6,600 nt of DNA from a virus. Lineage: Duplodnaviria; Heunggongvirae; Uroviricota; Caudoviricetes. Where the stretch lies: IMG/VR virus record IMGVR_UViG_2734482774_000008; one strand, 5' to 3'. The position numbers and the translations under genes are program-made. The notes beneath the pieces were generated by a model. It saw nothing but the letters and a program-made list of their open reading frames with translations. It searched no databases and was not told the origin of the DNA. Of this stretch, positions 5,320 through 6,600 are shown one piece after another (position 1 is the first letter of the stretch; the number at the start of each line of letters is the position of its first letter).

Positions 5320-6600
5320 ATGAAATATCCGACAGGCGTGGAAAACCATGGAGGGAAATTACGTATCTGGTTTGTTTATAAAGGCGTAAGAGTCAGGGAA
5401 AATCTGGGGGTTCCTGACACAGCAAAAAACAGGCGCGTTGCAGGTGAACTACGCTCCTCTGTTTGTTACGCAATAAAAACTGGTGTTTTCGACTATGCAA
5501 AACAGTTTCCCTCCTCACGCAATCTGGAAAAATTTGGTGAGGCCCGACAAGATTTAACCATAAAAGAACTGGCTGAAAAATTTCTGGCACTGAAAGAAAC
5601 TGAAGTCGCCAAAACATCACTCAACACATACCGTGCCGTCATCAAAAATATCCTGAGCATAATCGGTGAAAAAAATCTTGCCTCATCGATTAATAAAGAA
5701 AAATTACTGGAGGTTCGTAAAGAGCTACTGACTGGATACCAGATCCCCAAAAGTAACTATATTGTTACACAACCAGGGAGATCGGCTGTAACTGTAAATA
5801 ATTACATGACAAATCTTAACGCCGTGTTCCAGTTTGGTGTTGATAACGGTTACCTGGCAGATAACCCGTTTAAGGGGATCTCGCCATTAAAGGAATCAAG
5901 AACCATTCCGGATCCTCTTTCGCGGGAGGAATTCATCCGTCTTATCGATGCGTGCAGAAATCAGCAAGCCAAAAATTTATGGTGTGTTTCTGTTTATACT
6001 GGCGTTCGCCCTGGTGAGCTGTGTGCACTTGGATGGGAGGACATAGATCTGAAAAATGGAACAATGATGATCAGGAGAAATTTAGCAAAAGACCGTTTCA
6101 CGGTCCCAAAAACACAGGCGGGAACCAATCGGGTCATTCATCTTATTAAGCCAGCAATCGACGCTCTCCGGAGTCAGATGACATTAACGAGACTGAGCAA
6201 AGAGCATATCATTGATGTTCACCTCAGAGAGTATGGCAGAACAGAAAAACATAAATGCACCTTTGTTTTTCAACCTGAAGTGTCAGCGAGAGTAAAAAAT
6301 TATGGTGACCATTTTACCGTTGACTCAATAAGGCAGATGTGGGACGCAGCGATAAAACGTGCCGGACTCCGCCATCGAAAATCATATCAGTCGAGACATA
6401 CTTATGCCTGCTGGTCGCTGACAGCTGGTGCTAACCCGGCATTTATAGCAAACCAGATGGGCCATGCAGATGCGCAAATGGTATTTCAGGTATACGGAAA
6501 ATGGATGTCTGAAAACAATAATGCACAGGTAGCTTTGTTAAATACACAGTTAAGCGAGTTTGCCCCAACCATGCCCCATAACGAAGCAATGAAAAATTAA
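5320..6600 (+). CDS. int: Phage tyrosine integrase (Rac IntR-like, with N-terminal arm-binding-type domain)
   Basis: Translation from ATG 5320 (GAGAGA purine-rich stretch upstream) gives MKYPTGVENHGGKLRIWFVYKGVRVRENLG..., resembling the IntR-type N-terminal domain as recalled. C-terminal catalytic signatures present: TGVRPGEL (Arg), SRHTYACWSL (Arg-His), GHADAQMVFQVYGKW (His and catalytic Tyr). Stop codon is the last three bases of the window. Confidence 0.9.
   Translation: MKYPTGVENHGGKLRIWFVYKGVRVRENLGVPDTAKNRRVAGELRSSVCYAIKTGVFDYAKQFPSSRNLEKFGEARQDLTIKELAEKFLALKETEVAKTSLNTYRAVIKNILSIIGEKNLASSINKEKLLEVRKELLTGYQIPKSNYIVTQPGRSAVTVNNYMTNLNAVFQFGVDNGYLADNPFKGISPLKESRTIPDPLSREEFIRLIDACRNQQAKNLWCVSVYTGVRPGELCALGWEDIDLKNGTMMIRRNLAKDRFTVPKTQAGTNRVIHLIKPAIDALRSQMTLTRLSKEHIIDVHLREYGRTEKHKCTFVFQPEVSARVKNYGDHFTVDSIRQMWDAAIKRAGLRHRKSYQSRHTYACWSLTAGANPAFIANQMGHADAQMVFQVYGKWMSENNNAQVALLNTQLSEFAPTMPHNEAMKN

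Larger units (their letters stand above)
1..6600. mobile_element. Lambdoid prophage segment: integration module, Q antiterminator, cargo island and lysis cassette; extends beyond both window edges
   Basis: Co-occurrence and lambda-like order of integrase, Xis-like gene, Q, pinholin, YdfR-like gene and SAR endolysin. Early region absent, so probably a defective or cryptic prophage. Confidence 0.85.

Noticed and set aside
5393-5750. Two minus-strand ORFs (5393..5620 and 5493..5750) inside the integrase gene
   Set aside because: Antisense to the integrase, which has clear tyrosine-recombinase motifs; no support as genes.
1-6600. CRISPR arrays, IS elements, rRNA or tRNA genes
   Set aside because: No regularly spaced direct repeats, no transposase-like ORF or terminal inverted repeats, and no cloverleaf-compatible sequence found by eye.

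Overview
This window is a segment of a lambdoid prophage (DLP12/Qin/Rac-like) from an enterobacterial genome, read by eye without any database search. Minus strand, right to left: a YdfU-like Cys/His-rich protein, a Q antiterminator (phage 82 Q / QuuD-like), then a three-gene cargo block, then the lysis cassette (S21-type pinholin, YdfR-like protein, and a SAR endolysin cut by the window edge at position 1). Plus strand at the right end: an excisionase-like gene and a tyrosine integrase ending at 6600. The cargo block sits in the Q-to-holin slot, where Stx phages carry stx. It holds a lipoprotein lipocalin (Blc paralogue), a TudS(DUF523)-DUF1722 fusion resembling the tRNA 4-thiouridine desulfidase RudS, and a very AT-rich AraC/XylS regulator of the AppY/GadX/YdeO type. 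The xis-like and YdfU-like start codons lie head to head 2 bp apart, so the whole early region (recombination, immunity, replication) appears deleted and the prophage is probably defective. The most interesting item is the RudS-like enzyme placed where late, Q-dependent transcription would drive it. No rRNA, tRNA, CRISPR array or IS element was recognised.
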